A DNA stretch of 64,000 bases, from NCBI GenBank assembly GCA_965207075.1, contig CBDBLO010000002.1, positions 1,920,001-1,984,000 on the forward strand, in the 5' to 3' direction. The notes beneath the pieces were generated by a model that was given only the letters and a program-made list of their open reading frames with translations, was not told where the DNA came from and searched no databases. This DNA comes from Nitrosopumilus sp. Lineage in GTDB: Archaea > Thermoproteota > Nitrososphaeria > Nitrososphaerales > Nitrosopumilaceae. Position numbers and translations under genes: made by a program. Below are positions 20,685 through 30,053 of the stretch, piece by piece (within the stretch, counting starts at the first letter, position 1; each line of letters begins with the position of its first letter).

Positions 20685-20844
20685 ATGAAGCCTGTTGACC
20701 CCGTTGGCTTGGTGTGGTTTTTCGCGGGCAGTCGGGACGATAGCCCCGACTGTATGGTGGGAGGGGGCCGCCGCTAGGCGGCCCCCGTGATCTTCTGGGT
20801 TGTGTGTGAGTTGGTTCGTTTTGTTAGTCTATGAGCAAATGCGA
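20685..20844. other. Conserved non-coding element with two hairpins (copy B)
   Basis: GGGGGCCGCC-GCTA-GGCGGCCCCC (20763-20786) and CAGTCGGG/CCCGACTG (20729-20752); inverted match to 3385-3546. Confidence 0.75.
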
Positions 20845-20903
20845 GTCCGGTTGACAGCATAGATGGACATGAAGTGTCGATCTAGGATAACCAAAGTGAA
20901 TAA

Positions 20904-21038
20904 TATGCATATGCCATATGCATATCATGCATTATAGACATGCATGTTATGCATGCCCGAAGACCTTGAAAGTGCATATCATGCATGCCACAGATGCATA
21001 TCATGCACGTAAGATTGGCGGGACATGCATATCATGCA
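20904..21038. repeat. Phased TGCA-N5-TGCA array (copy B)
   Basis: TGCATATCATGCA at 20919, 20973, 20995 and 21026; TGCATGTTATGCA at 20941. Confidence 0.88.
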
Positions 21039-21048
21039 CTTTTTTCTT

Positions 21049-21061
21049 GCCTTTTATGCAT
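21049..21061 (+). promoter_or_regulatory. GCCTTTTATGCAT promoter motif of AbrB copy B
   Basis: 17 nt upstream of ATG 21079. Confidence 0.65.
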
Positions 21062-21078
21062 ACGCGGGCCCATACTGC

Positions 21079-21426
21079 ATGGAACTGGAGGACATGCAGA
21101 GAAAGGTGCAGTTCCGGCAGGGCTCCTATATGGTGACCATCCCGCTCCAGATAGTCCACGCGCTTGGGATACGCAGGAACCAATACGTCCGGTTTGCCGT
21201 ATCAAAGAACAAGGTCATCATAAAGCCCGTCGAGGCGAGCATCACTAAGAAAGACGTGACGGAGGCAGACAGGGATTCTGCCGCGCTTGACAAGTACGAC
21301 GGGCCTCGGGCGGCGGATAACGAGGATGCCGGCTACATGGACGCTCTTGAAGAAGCCCTGTCTAAAAACAGGCCAGATGGCAACGGCGGCGCCAGCAGCC
21401 GCATGGAAAAGCTCAGGATGAGATGA
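21079..21426 (+). CDS. AbrB/MazE/SpoVT-fold DNA-binding protein (copy B)
   Basis: Paralogue of 2814..3152; same 14-bp convergent overlap with the ATPase. Confidence 0.85.
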   Translation: MELEDMQRKVQFRQGSYMVTIPLQIVHALGIRRNQYVRFAVSKNKVIIKPVEASITKKDVTEADRDSAALDKYDGPRAADNEDAGYMDALEEALSKNRPDGNGGASSRMEKLRMR

Positions 21427-24400
21427 CTATCACAAAGACTCTCTTTTTTTGCTCCTCGTCTAGCCGGGCCCTGATGTCCTTTATCCGGGGGCTCTTGGAC
21501 CAGACGTGGCACTCGGCAAAGCCCATCTTGGCCCACTTTGTCATGTTGTACCTGACGTGCTCCGGGTGGCTCTGGACCTCGCTTACGGACTCGATCTCCA
21601 CCGATATCGGGGCCTCCTTGTCGTAATCGTACGCGACCAGGTCGGTCCGGTCGGTGCCCTTTTTGATGCGCTGCGACGCCATGGCCACGAACAGGCCCTG
21701 CTTGAGGTACGCCGCAACCGCCTTTTGCGCCACCTCCTCAACGTCTGATGCCGTGCCCACCTCCGTGTGGTCAAACTCAAAGTATGCCTTCACCGCTTTT
21801 TTTGACAGGATATATGGCGACGTGCGCACCGTGCCTGCGCGCTCGACCAGTCCCCTGCCTTCCATGTCCCGGAGGGCGGAGGCCACCTCGTCGCGGTTCT
21901 GTACCTGCAGATGGTCTGCAAGCTGTCCCTGCTGCATGTCCTCGTTTTTTAGTAGGCGCATGATTCCCCACTCCAGCCTGGAGGGCAGCTCAACTGTTAT
22001 GCTCTCAAGCCACCTGCTCTTCTCGCGGGCCGCCTGCGCCATGGCGTTTGGGCCCACGACACCGGCGCCGTACTTGGCCAGCTGCGCCTTGACATACCTG
22101 TCGTATTCCGCGTCCGTGACTATCATGTCTGGGGGCCTGGCAAGCCAGAACTGGACGGGCGGGGGCTGCTCCTGCCCCGGTGGCGCTTTCTCGCGCATGG
22201 TCCAGTGGAAGTACTCCTGGCTTGAGAGCTGCTGCTGCAGCGCCTTTTGGAACTGTGGATCCCAGATCTGCGCGATGCGGGAGGCATCCTTGCCGTTGAC
22301 CCTGCCCACCATCTGCGTGCCCGAGTTGCCCGTGATGAGCCCCAGCTGCTTGTCGCTGATCTGCTCGGTGGTCTGGTGTGACAGCACGAGCCCCAGCCCC
22401 AGAGACCTTGCCTGCTCGAGCATCAGCTGCAGCACCTGCAGATCCTTTACAATCTGGAACTCGTCGAGCGCGAGCACCACCTGCGTGCGCTCCGACTCGT
22501 CGGGCGTGCGGTTGGCGCGCTCCTGTATGGTGAACCACAGCTTCAGTATGAACGCCTGCATCGCCAGCGGCTGCACGTGGTGGGGAAGGTTCAGCGGCGA
22601 TATCCTGACAACGGTCTGGCGCCCCGGCTTGATCAGCTCGGCAAAATCCACCGTGCCCTGTCTTACCGAGAACATGCGCCGGAGTACGGGATCGGTTGCA
22701 AACTGCTCTATGCGGTTGAGCAGCGGCATGAACGCGTCGCCCTTGAGGGTGGCGATGCTGTCGAGCGCCTGCCTCATCTCGGGCTCTGGGGTGCCGTACG
22801 CCTGTATGATCTCGGGCATGGCCTGCTGCCCGCTGTCCTGGAGCCTGAGTATGATGTGGTGTATGTCAAGGAACGTGGGCGCGTCGTGCCTTACGTATAT
22901 GTAAAACAAGAGGGCGCGGAAGATGCGCTCCATCTGCACGTAGCTTGCAGACTGCTGGTACCACTCCTCTATCGTCTTCATGAAGTATCCGACGTGCCTG
23001 GACACGACCTCCTCGCGCTCCCACGGCGAGTGCGCGGGCAGCTCCAGCGGGTTTATCGAAAACTTGGTCTGCTGCGGGTCCAGAAAGTGGACGCGCCCCC
23101 CGGACACGGAGCCGGCGCCGCACTGCCTGACGAACTTGTGGGAGTCGTCCCCCTTCGGATCCACGTATATGAACGCGTTGCACGCGGTCCCGTTCTCATT
23201 CCACGCCTCCAGGTGCTTTGCGATGACCCTGATCAGCGAGGTCTTGCCGGAGCCGGACGCGCCGACCGCATACACGTGGGTGGCGAAGTCCGCGGGCGAT
23301 ATCACCGCGGCGTCCGCGTCCTTGGAGGGAACCGCGGCGCCCCATGTCTCGCTCCAGTCAAATCCTGCCGGCTTGGGCCTGAAGAACCCCAGCGGCGCGC
23401 CCGCCTTTGCAGACGATTTCGAGGGGATTGTAACGCCTCTCGTGGCCTCTAGGTTCGGGATGTCCACCGGATCCGGCAGGTGCACGAGCAGCGGGATCTC
23501 CGGCAGGTTCAGTATGAGGAACGGCAGCGGCGGGCGGTCGCGGTACCCACCCAGCAGCCCCTTGTCAAAGTACCGTTTTAGCGCGGCGCCCAGCAATTTG
23601 TCGGGGTCCGGCAGCAGCCTGCGCCCGAACACGTCCATGCGCGGGCACCGCTCCTCGCTGTCAGTTATGCGGACCTCCACCCTCCTTGGCTTTTTCTCGT
23701 CCCAGAAATCCCGGTTCCTGTATGGAAACTTGGTCAGGTGCTCGTGCCCCGAGAACACGTTCTCCACCGGGAGGGACTCGATCTCGTCAAAGTTGAGGTT
23801 GATCTCGCGGTCTCCCCTTATGATGCCCCGGACGCTCATTATTACCTGGGCGGACTGCGTCTTGAGCGTGGCGTGCTTTTGGAGACCCGCGTAGTTGTTG
23901 GCAAAGTCGTACCCCAGCTCCGGGTGGTCGTGCGGCTTTTTGTCCGAAAGCGTGATGAGCTCGGCCGTGCTGAGGTAGTTGCCCCGCTTGATCTCAAGCG
24001 ATCTGGCGTCGAGGCGGCCCACGTGCCCGCGCAGAAAGGAGTCAAAGGAGTGGCGCCTGAACACGAACTGTATCCAGGCGCTCCTGGACAGCTGGGTCAG
24101 CCTTGCCACCCTGCTCATGAGGTGGTGCGCCCTGGCCCTGTCAAAGACGGTCGAGTAGTGCCCGTGGCGCGTGCCCACGTCGAATATCTGGCAGTCCGGC
24201 CCCGGCGGCCCGAACCAGTCCGGCTCGGTCTTCCCCATTGCGGAGAATGACGCGTTCGGGTACATGTTCAAGAACGCCTGCTTGTAGGCGTCCAGGTCGC
24301 CCTCCTCCGCCACCAGGACGAACTCCATCCTCTTCTCCACAGCATCCCACCACACCTCAAAGCTGCGGGTGCGGGTGCCGGCAAGGTCGCCTGCGGCCAG

Positions 24401-24547
24401 CACGGCCTTTTTTGCGTCCATCTCGATCGGTATCATGACCGAGCAGGCGGCCAGCCTGCCGGTCCCGGCCGCAAGGAAGTGTTTCGTGCGGTCCAGCTGC
24501 CCCTCGGGCTTTTTGCGGTTGGCCAGGCGCCAGCGTCTTGATCCCAT
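21413..24547 (-). CDS. HerA/TraD/VirB4-like ATPase with C-terminal wHTH and PD-(D/E)XK-like domain (copy B, full length)
   Basis: 1044 aa; GASGSGKT, DPKGD, LDEFQ, QARS, SHQ; RTDLVAYD...SVEIES. Confidence 0.88.
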   Translation of the reverse strand: MGSRRWRLANRKKPEGQLDRTKHFLAAGTGRLAACSVMIPIEMDAKKAVLAAGDLAGTRTRSFEVWWDAVEKRMEFVLVAEEGDLDAYKQAFLNMYPNASFSAMGKTEPDWFGPPGPDCQIFDVGTRHGHYSTVFDRARAHHLMSRVARLTQLSRSAWIQFVFRRHSFDSFLRGHVGRLDARSLEIKRGNYLSTAELITLSDKKPHDHPELGYDFANNYAGLQKHATLKTQSAQVIMSVRGIIRGDREINLNFDEIESLPVENVFSGHEHLTKFPYRNRDFWDEKKPRRVEVRITDSEERCPRMDVFGRRLLPDPDKLLGAALKRYFDKGLLGGYRDRPPLPFLILNLPEIPLLVHLPDPVDIPNLEATRGVTIPSKSSAKAGAPLGFFRPKPAGFDWSETWGAAVPSKDADAAVISPADFATHVYAVGASGSGKTSLIRVIAKHLEAWNENGTACNAFIYVDPKGDDSHKFVRQCGAGSVSGGRVHFLDPQQTKFSINPLELPAHSPWEREEVVSRHVGYFMKTIEEWYQQSASYVQMERIFRALLFYIYVRHDAPTFLDIHHIILRLQDSGQQAMPEIIQAYGTPEPEMRQALDSIATLKGDAFMPLLNRIEQFATDPVLRRMFSVRQGTVDFAELIKPGRQTVVRISPLNLPHHVQPLAMQAFILKLWFTIQERANRTPDESERTQVVLALDEFQIVKDLQVLQLMLEQARSLGLGLVLSHQTTEQISDKQLGLITGNSGTQMVGRVNGKDASRIAQIWDPQFQKALQQQLSSQEYFHWTMREKAPPGQEQPPPVQFWLARPPDMIVTDAEYDRYVKAQLAKYGAGVVGPNAMAQAAREKSRWLESITVELPSRLEWGIMRLLKNEDMQQGQLADHLQVQNRDEVASALRDMEGRGLVERAGTVRTSPYILSKKAVKAYFEFDHTEVGTASDVEEVAQKAVAAYLKQGLFVAMASQRIKKGTDRTDLVAYDYDKEAPISVEIESVSEVQSHPEHVRYNMTKWAKMGFAECHVWSKSPRIKDIRARLDEEQKKRVFVIVISS

Positions 24548-24584
24548 CAGCCGGTCACCTGTCCGTATTTCAGATGCATCGCAG

Positions 24585-25421
24585 TCACTCCACCAGCAGC
24601 TTGTAGAGGCCCGCTGCGTTGCTCATGACCGGGTCGGCCGGCACGCTGATCTTGAACCTCTTTTTGAGCCTCGACTCCAGCTCGTCGCGCACCCCCGGGA
24701 TGAGCAGCCCGCCGCCTGAAAGCACGACATCGTACGCGTGGCCGTACCCGGAGGACATGTCCGCTATCTCGTCTGCCAGGTTGCCTGCAAGCACCCTTGC
24801 GTATTTTTTGCACGTCTCCCTGCGCCGGTGCAGCAAGTCCTTGTCCAGATGCGCAAACTTGCCTATCTTGCGAGTTATGAATTCCGAGGCCCACCGGGAG
24901 CTCTCCCCGTCGATCACCTGGTTGTCCTCTATAACCACGATCTCGCTGGTTCCCTGCCCTATGGAGACCACCATGCCGGTGCTCCGGTCCATCTCGACCA
25001 GCGTCCCCACGGCCTGGGCCACCACGTCACACCGGTCCGCCGGGACGCACCTTTTGACCGTCTTGGATATGGCCTCGCGGCAGTCTGAGGCCTCGTACGG
25101 CAGGCCCACGGCCATCCTGGCCTTTTCATTGCAGTCCGCGGCGCGGCCTGCCGCGACGCGGATCCGGGACACTGCCTCCCGGATCAGCATCTCCACCTGC
25201 TTCTGGTACCTGGGATCGGGCCTCCCGCGTACGATGGGCCGCACGGTGGCCGCCCCTGCAGTATGCAGCATCTTGGTTGCCCTCTCGCCTATGGCCTCGG
25301 AATCCGCGTCGGCCCAGTCCCCGTGCGTCCTCTTGACGTACAGCGACGGGAACACAACGGAGCCGTGGTCTGAGACGCACTTTACAAAGCCGGTCCCGAT
25401 GTCAAGCCCTATCCTTAGCAC
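24585..25421 (-). CDS. ParM/StbA-like actin-fold ATPase
   Basis: Phosphate-1 IGLDIGTGFVK, connect-1 VVAQAVG, phosphate-2 SIGQGTSE, adenosine SGGG and connect-2 PVMSNAAG. GTG start at 25421 inferred from promoter spacing. Confidence 0.85.
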   Translation of the reverse strand: MLRIGLDIGTGFVKCVSDHGSVVFPSLYVKRTHGDWADADSEAIGERATKMLHTAGAATVRPIVRGRPDPRYQKQVEMLIREAVSRIRVAAGRAADCNEKARMAVGLPYEASDCREAISKTVKRCVPADRCDVVAQAVGTLVEMDRSTGMVVSIGQGTSEIVVIEDNQVIDGESSRWASEFITRKIGKFAHLDKDLLHRRRETCKKYARVLAGNLADEIADMSSGYGHAYDVVLSGGGLLIPGVRDELESRLKKRFKISVPADPVMSNAAGLYKLLVE

Positions 25422-25438
25422 GCCGTCAGACACGCGGG

Positions 25439-25451
25439 ATGCATAAAAGGC
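25439..25451 (-). promoter_or_regulatory. GCCTTTTATGCAT promoter motif of the actin-ATPase operon
   Basis: 17 nt upstream of GTG 25421, the same spacing as in both AbrB promoters. Confidence 0.65.
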
Positions 25452-25684
25452 GGATTTTTCGCAGAATGGCAACCGCCTGAGAAGCCGCGCAGAACACAAG
25501 ACGCTTCCAGCGCACACAGTTGCTTGGGCGGTACGGCATGCCAGGGTCCGTCAGACCAACTGCCAGCCAGTGATGCTCCAAGAGAACCACTCGCAACCGG
25601 GCCAAGCGAGGCCAGCTCTGGATAGTTGCTACAGGCGCCTGTCAAGACGCCGGATATACAACGATCCAAGCGTGCACGCACGAC

Positions 25685-25976
25685 GCACAAGAGAGGTCAG
25701 GACCGCAGAATTCCACATGCATAGCCATCCCTCGAGCATAGCCACGCCGGGCGTCTACTACAGTTACCCGCAAACTGTCATAAAGATCTATGACAGTTTG
25801 CGGGTAACCGCCACCGCGTGCGCTAGTCATGCCGCCGCGAAAGAGATCAAGACTGCCGAATGCCCCGCGCATGGTCATCTCGCGAGCATAGCCACGCCAG
25901 ACGTCGACTATACTTACCCGCAAACTTTCATAGAGCTCTATGAAAGTTTGCGGGTAACCGCCACCGCGTGCGCCAG
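25685..25976. repeat. Two 150-bp tandem repeats, each with a long palindrome
   Basis: 25763-25808 has 20-bp perfect arms around AAGATC; 25914-25957 is a perfect 44-bp palindrome. Confidence 0.92.
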
Positions 25977-26168
25977 CCAACCACCACACTGGCGTCCTTG
26001 CCGCATGCCGGTATAAGCACGCATGGAGGCATGCGCCAAACGTAGCCCATATCGTAACATGCCGGATTTCTGAGGCCCGTCCGCAACCCTTGCCCAAGAG
26101 GAGGTTGTTCGTGTCAGTAGTACCAAAGACCAAGCATGCAGTCGTACGCGCCGTTTGGCGCCGGTAAG

Positions 26169-26208
26169 TGTGAGATGGTAACAAAGATTTCTTTGTTACC
26201 ATCTCACA
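26169..26208. repeat. 18-bp perfect inverted repeat
   Basis: TGTGAGATGGTAACAAAG-ATTT-CTTTGTTACCATCTCACA. Confidence 0.9.
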
Positions 26209-26566
26209 GTTATGGGGACGTAGGTGCGGGACTCGGGGCGATCCGTTCCGTCCAAGGCTGGGGCCCTGCCATTCCATGCCATGACGTCCTGCCATGACGT
26301 GTGGTCATACGGGACTGGTAACTTAGCGGGAGCTGGCTTCTCGTGGAAAGCGTTGGGAGCTGGCAAGGTACCGCTACAAGTTCGTGAGCTACACACAGCA
26401 GGCACAGCAGGCACAGGCACTACAGACAGGGGAAAAGGACGAGAAAGTGGGCTCCCGCTTTCATCAGAGTCAAATCCGTGGATTCGCAACGGAACACGAA
26501 TTGAGCTATATATACTCTTTCATTTAGCACTTAACTTAAATTGTTATTTCGATTAATTAATTTAGA

Positions 26567-26821
26567 ATGGGAACAACCCGTATTAAGATTGGATCACTGG
26601 TGCTCTCGTCTGCAGAATTGGAGGCGCTTAGGACATTCCGAGACTACAAGCGCTTGCGCGACAATGCGGGCTGGCACGCCGAGAAAGTTACTTCATTGAA
26701 AGGTTTATTGGACAAGGATACTCCACTACAGAAGAAGAAGAATGTCCGAATCAGAGGGAGACAATCCCAACCAAGGCGACGCCATGCCCGACATAGTTAC
26801 TACCATACAAGCACACATTGA
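26567..26821 (+). CDS. Small hypothetical protein
   Basis: ATG follows an AT-rich promoter-like tract; overlaps the next ORF. Confidence 0.35.
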   Translation: MGTTRIKIGSLVLSSAELEALRTFRDYKRLRDNAGWHAEKVTSLKGLLDKDTPLQKKKNVRIRGRQSQPRRRHARHSYYHTSTH

Positions 26822-27668
26822 CAACATTCAAGCGACGCGCAACTCAAAGGTGTTGGTGCTGTTTTCATTTAGTCCTCTTGACGAATCAGTAGCCTTGTCC
26901 TTAAACAACGTATTGAGGAGAATGGGAAATATGGAAAAATTAGACGTCGTTCTGGAGTCTATGGGCGGAGACCTTGATTCTGCCTACAAGATGCTTCTAT
27001 TGCTCAAGTCATACGCCAAGACTGTCACAGTAATCGTTCCATTCTATGCCAAGAGTGCCGCCGCATTGATTGCATTGGGCGCTGATCAACTGCAACTGTG
27101 TCGGGCGGGTGAATTGGGACCGCTTGATCCTCAAATATTAGATACTACCTCCGATCAAATGGTTCCATCTTTTTCGATCAAGAAGATGGTTGACTTCATC
27201 ATAGATGTTGGCAACCCACTTGTACAAGTAAGTTTGGTTGACAAGCTCTCTCCCCTCCTGATTGGGGCCTACAGAGTTTCTGAAGAAACTTCAAAACAGT
27301 ATCTTCGTGAAATTTTTATGTCTAAGGAACTCAATAATGAAAAGATAGATGCACTAATCCCCGTATTTACCGAAAAACTGCTATCACATGGATACCCTAT
27401 AACTGAAAAATTTTTAGAGATGCATGGTGTACCCATAGTCAAGTTAGACGAATCAGAAGAGGCCGCATTTGCTGACATACACGCTAATCTAATCACATAC
27501 TACCGGAATGCGATGAAGAGTCGCAAGGATATGCACCTAGTACTACTAACGAATGACATGGTGTCTATAGACATAGACGGTACCAACATAACGTTTCCTT
27601 CGTATGATGTACCGCTGATCATGCAGGACAGTTCTTCCACGCAACAAGAACAAGCGCCCGAATCATAA
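26742..27668 (+). CDS. ClpP/crotonase-fold serine protease (SDH/SppA-like)
   Basis: LESMGGD, PFYAKSAAALIALGAD, GELGPLDPQ and SHGYPI. Confidence 0.8.
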   Translation: MSESEGDNPNQGDAMPDIVTTIQAHIDNIQATRNSKVLVLFSFSPLDESVALSLNNVLRRMGNMEKLDVVLESMGGDLDSAYKMLLLLKSYAKTVTVIVPFYAKSAAALIALGADQLQLCRAGELGPLDPQILDTTSDQMVPSFSIKKMVDFIIDVGNPLVQVSLVDKLSPLLIGAYRVSEETSKQYLREIFMSKELNNEKIDALIPVFTEKLLSHGYPITEKFLEMHGVPIVKLDESEEAAFADIHANLITYYRNAMKSRKDMHLVLLTNDMVSIDIDGTNITFPSYDVPLIMQDSSSTQQEQAPES

Positions 27669-28040
27669 GTACACATCAATACTAGGCTAACAAATGCCCG
27701 ATTCTTGTGAATCCGGTTGCTAGACACATACTACCTACTCAAGGAGGACGTAGAGTCACTTCATCTTGACGGACAGGATAAATCGGAGTCTGGTCGTGTC
27801 AGTCAAGTTAAGTACTATGTTCTGCCTTGTCGCAGGCAGCTCGCATATGCAGAGCCATATTCCGTATACGCGTGCCCTTCAGAGAAGCCGCGCACGAGAC
27901 GTCAAGCATAGTCTGTGCGGTGGTTGGGGTGGAGGATCATGTTGGGATTGATCATGTCCGCGGCTTAGTCTCCCGCGATTACAGGAGCCCGCTCTTTGGG
28001 AAGGACGAAGGGTTGTACCACAGGCGCGCTCGCAGCCACG

Positions 28041-28493
28041 TCACGAATATTTCCGTATAATGTCGGATATGTGCATGTGGCATTTTTCATGTATGAGCGC
28101 ACGGCCCTTTCCGTAGATCTCCACCTTAGTTACGGAAAGCATTATCCGAGTCTCGTCACTAATGGATTTGGTTAAGACGATCGGAAGCACGCTTGGCCTG
28201 AGTCCCCCCAGGCAGTCTGTGCACATCTGTTCTGCGAATTTTGCGCCTGCGTTCAGTTGTTTTTGCACCTGCGTCGGGTCGACGTGTCCACTCTTAAGCT
28301 CACAGACACCCACCACGAGTTTCCCGTAGTCTGCAAACACAATGCAGTCGCACATGCTCTCTTGCTCACCAGAGCGATGTTCTTCTGCTTTTATGGCGAC
28401 GCAATGCGATCTGTCTGTCTTCAGCCCGCAATTCTGTTCCTTGCAAGATGCCTGCCACCCCCCATACTTTTCGCGTACCTGCTCAAGCGACAT
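28041..28493 (-). CDS. Putative PD-(D/E)XK-fold nuclease partner of the AAA ATPase
   Basis: CDCIVF...CELKSG...QKQL; directly downstream of the ATPase. Confidence 0.6.
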   Translation of the reverse strand: MSLEQVREKYGGWQASCKEQNCGLKTDRSHCVAIKAEEHRSGEQESMCDCIVFADYGKLVVGVCELKSGHVDPTQVQKQLNAGAKFAEQMCTDCLGGLRPSVLPIVLTKSISDETRIMLSVTKVEIYGKGRALIHEKCHMHISDIIRKYS

Positions 28494-28505
28494 TTCCGCG
28501 TCCCC

Positions 28506-29993
28506 TTACGATGCGTTCTGTTCTATGATTATACGCCTGCGGTGCATCTTTTCAATCACTTTTACGAACTCGTCCAGGGATATTCCGTTGTCGACGGAGA
28601 ATTTTGTGGGCTTTGCGATGCTGCCGCCCTTGTCTGAGACTGCAAAGGTGTAGGGGGCCACCTCGTCCTCCAGCAGGTAGTCGTCCCTGTCAAAGCCGAG
28701 TTTCTTGCTTGTGGCCGCGTTGTCCTTGCCGCTCATTAAGAATTGGCTCAGTAGGCTCTGTACGAAAAAACTGTGCGTCGTGATCAGCACGTTGAGTCCT
28801 TTCCGTATCATCTTTACTATGTGGCGGGCCAGAATCATCTGCGCCTCCGGGTGCAGGTGCGCCTCCGGTTCCTCGAGTATGACAAGGTCGCCCTCGCGGA
28901 CCACGTGCTTGAGGTACAGAACCAGGATTGCAAGCTCGGACACCGTGGAAGACGTCCGGTGCAACGATATCGCGCTGTCGTTGTGATCATACGTTATCGT
29001 AGGGAACCGGGTTCGGGCGTCTGCAGTGTGGCCGATCCTTCCGTCCAGTATGGTCTCTTCGAGGCTGCTTGCAATGTCGCTGAACGGGCCCGTGGAAGAT
29101 GGCATTTCAATGATTGACGATATAAAGTCAGATGCGGCCCCGGGCAGTGTGGGAATTGCCATTCCTTCCACTCCTGCGTACGTCGCATTGGTGACGATGC
29201 CCGAGGTAATCGCCCGGTGTCCTTGTAAAATGCCCGATCTTGCAGCGGGAAGATAGTACGAGGCTGACGGCAGCTCGTAATCCACGTACTTTGATATGGA
29301 AAGTCCGAGGCGATAAACCACTTCTAGTGCTTGCTCCTCCGGGGATTCGGTGGGATCAACCCTGATCATCGAGAGTTTGTCCGAGTTATCGTCCATGGAA
29401 ATAGTCCGCCTGCGCCCTGCGCCTTTGAACGTTATTCTTCGCTTTAACTGGATCTTGGGGCAGTTTACGGTTGCGCTCTTCTTGCTGTGTATGCGAATCT
29501 CAACTCCGTTACTGGCGGCGATCTTCACGGAGAACGATCTTTTTCCCGTTCTGACCAGTTTGTCGCTGGCGTCACCGAAATTGCGCTCAATTTCGAGTTT
29601 TAGATCTTTGGCGTCCATCTCAAAATGCCCCCGTACCATTTCCTCGATTGTGTCTCCCGGTATCTCCGTGTCTTTTCCGGCATTGATCAGGCTGGACATC
29701 TTGGCCATCATGCGCTCTACGTCGTATTGCACGCTATAGCGCCTCGCATAAGAGAAGAGGGGCATATTGCTCTTTCCAGGCGAGGCACATGTCGACACGA
29801 TGGAGTGCAGGAGTAACGCCGCATAGGATTTGCCCGAGTTGTTTGGGCCACAAAATATGGTAAGCGGTTTGAGGGAGATTGACGCTTTTGCTATGGGGCC
29901 AAAGTCGCGTATGTCCACGGTCAGGTTCAGACGCGAGGATTTCTGCCCCGTTTTACCGGACAATGCATTTGCCATACGTTGGCGCCGTGCCAT
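28506..29993 (-). CDS. ABC/AAA_15-21-type ATPase (defence-associated)
   Basis: DFGPI, GPNNSGKS, LPAARSG, SSTVSEL, LEEPEAHLHP and TTHS. Confidence 0.85.
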   Translation of the reverse strand: MARRQRMANALSGKTGQKSSRLNLTVDIRDFGPIAKASISLKPLTIFCGPNNSGKSYAALLLHSIVSTCASPGKSNMPLFSYARRYSVQYDVERMMAKMSSLINAGKDTEIPGDTIEEMVRGHFEMDAKDLKLEIERNFGDASDKLVRTGKRSFSVKIAASNGVEIRIHSKKSATVNCPKIQLKRRITFKGAGRRRTISMDDNSDKLSMIRVDPTESPEEQALEVVYRLGLSISKYVDYELPSASYYLPAARSGILQGHRAITSGIVTNATYAGVEGMAIPTLPGAASDFISSIIEMPSSTGPFSDIASSLEETILDGRIGHTADARTRFPTITYDHNDSAISLHRTSSTVSELAILVLYLKHVVREGDLVILEEPEAHLHPEAQMILARHIVKMIRKGLNVLITTHSFFVQSLLSQFLMSGKDNAATSKKLGFDRDDYLLEDEVAPYTFAVSDKGGSIAKPTKFSVDNGISLDEFVKVIEKMHRRRIIIEQNAS

Positions 29994-30053
29994 GGCGCGT
30001 ATGGATGCTGCTGTTATTTATCTTAGCGTGCGAGGCGGGACGATCCCACACCA

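Noticed and set aside
21079-21426. AbrB as antitoxin of a classical type II TA pair
   Set aside because: No co-oriented toxin gene follows in either copy.
1-24547. The two module copies as an assembly duplication
   Set aside because: They differ by many substitutions, largely synonymous or conservative, and by small indels, so they are diverged paralogous elements.
24547-24579. 10-codon ORF (MHLKYGQVTG) between the actin stop and the ATPase start
   Set aside because: Could be translational coupling or a frameshifted N-terminus, but it is too short to evaluate and the second copy is outside the window.
25570-26295. ORFs 25570..26016 (+) and 25642..26295 (-) as real proteins
   Set aside because: Their shared peptide on both strands is a by-product of the palindromes, and no domain is recognisable. 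Not listed as CDS, though not strictly excluded.
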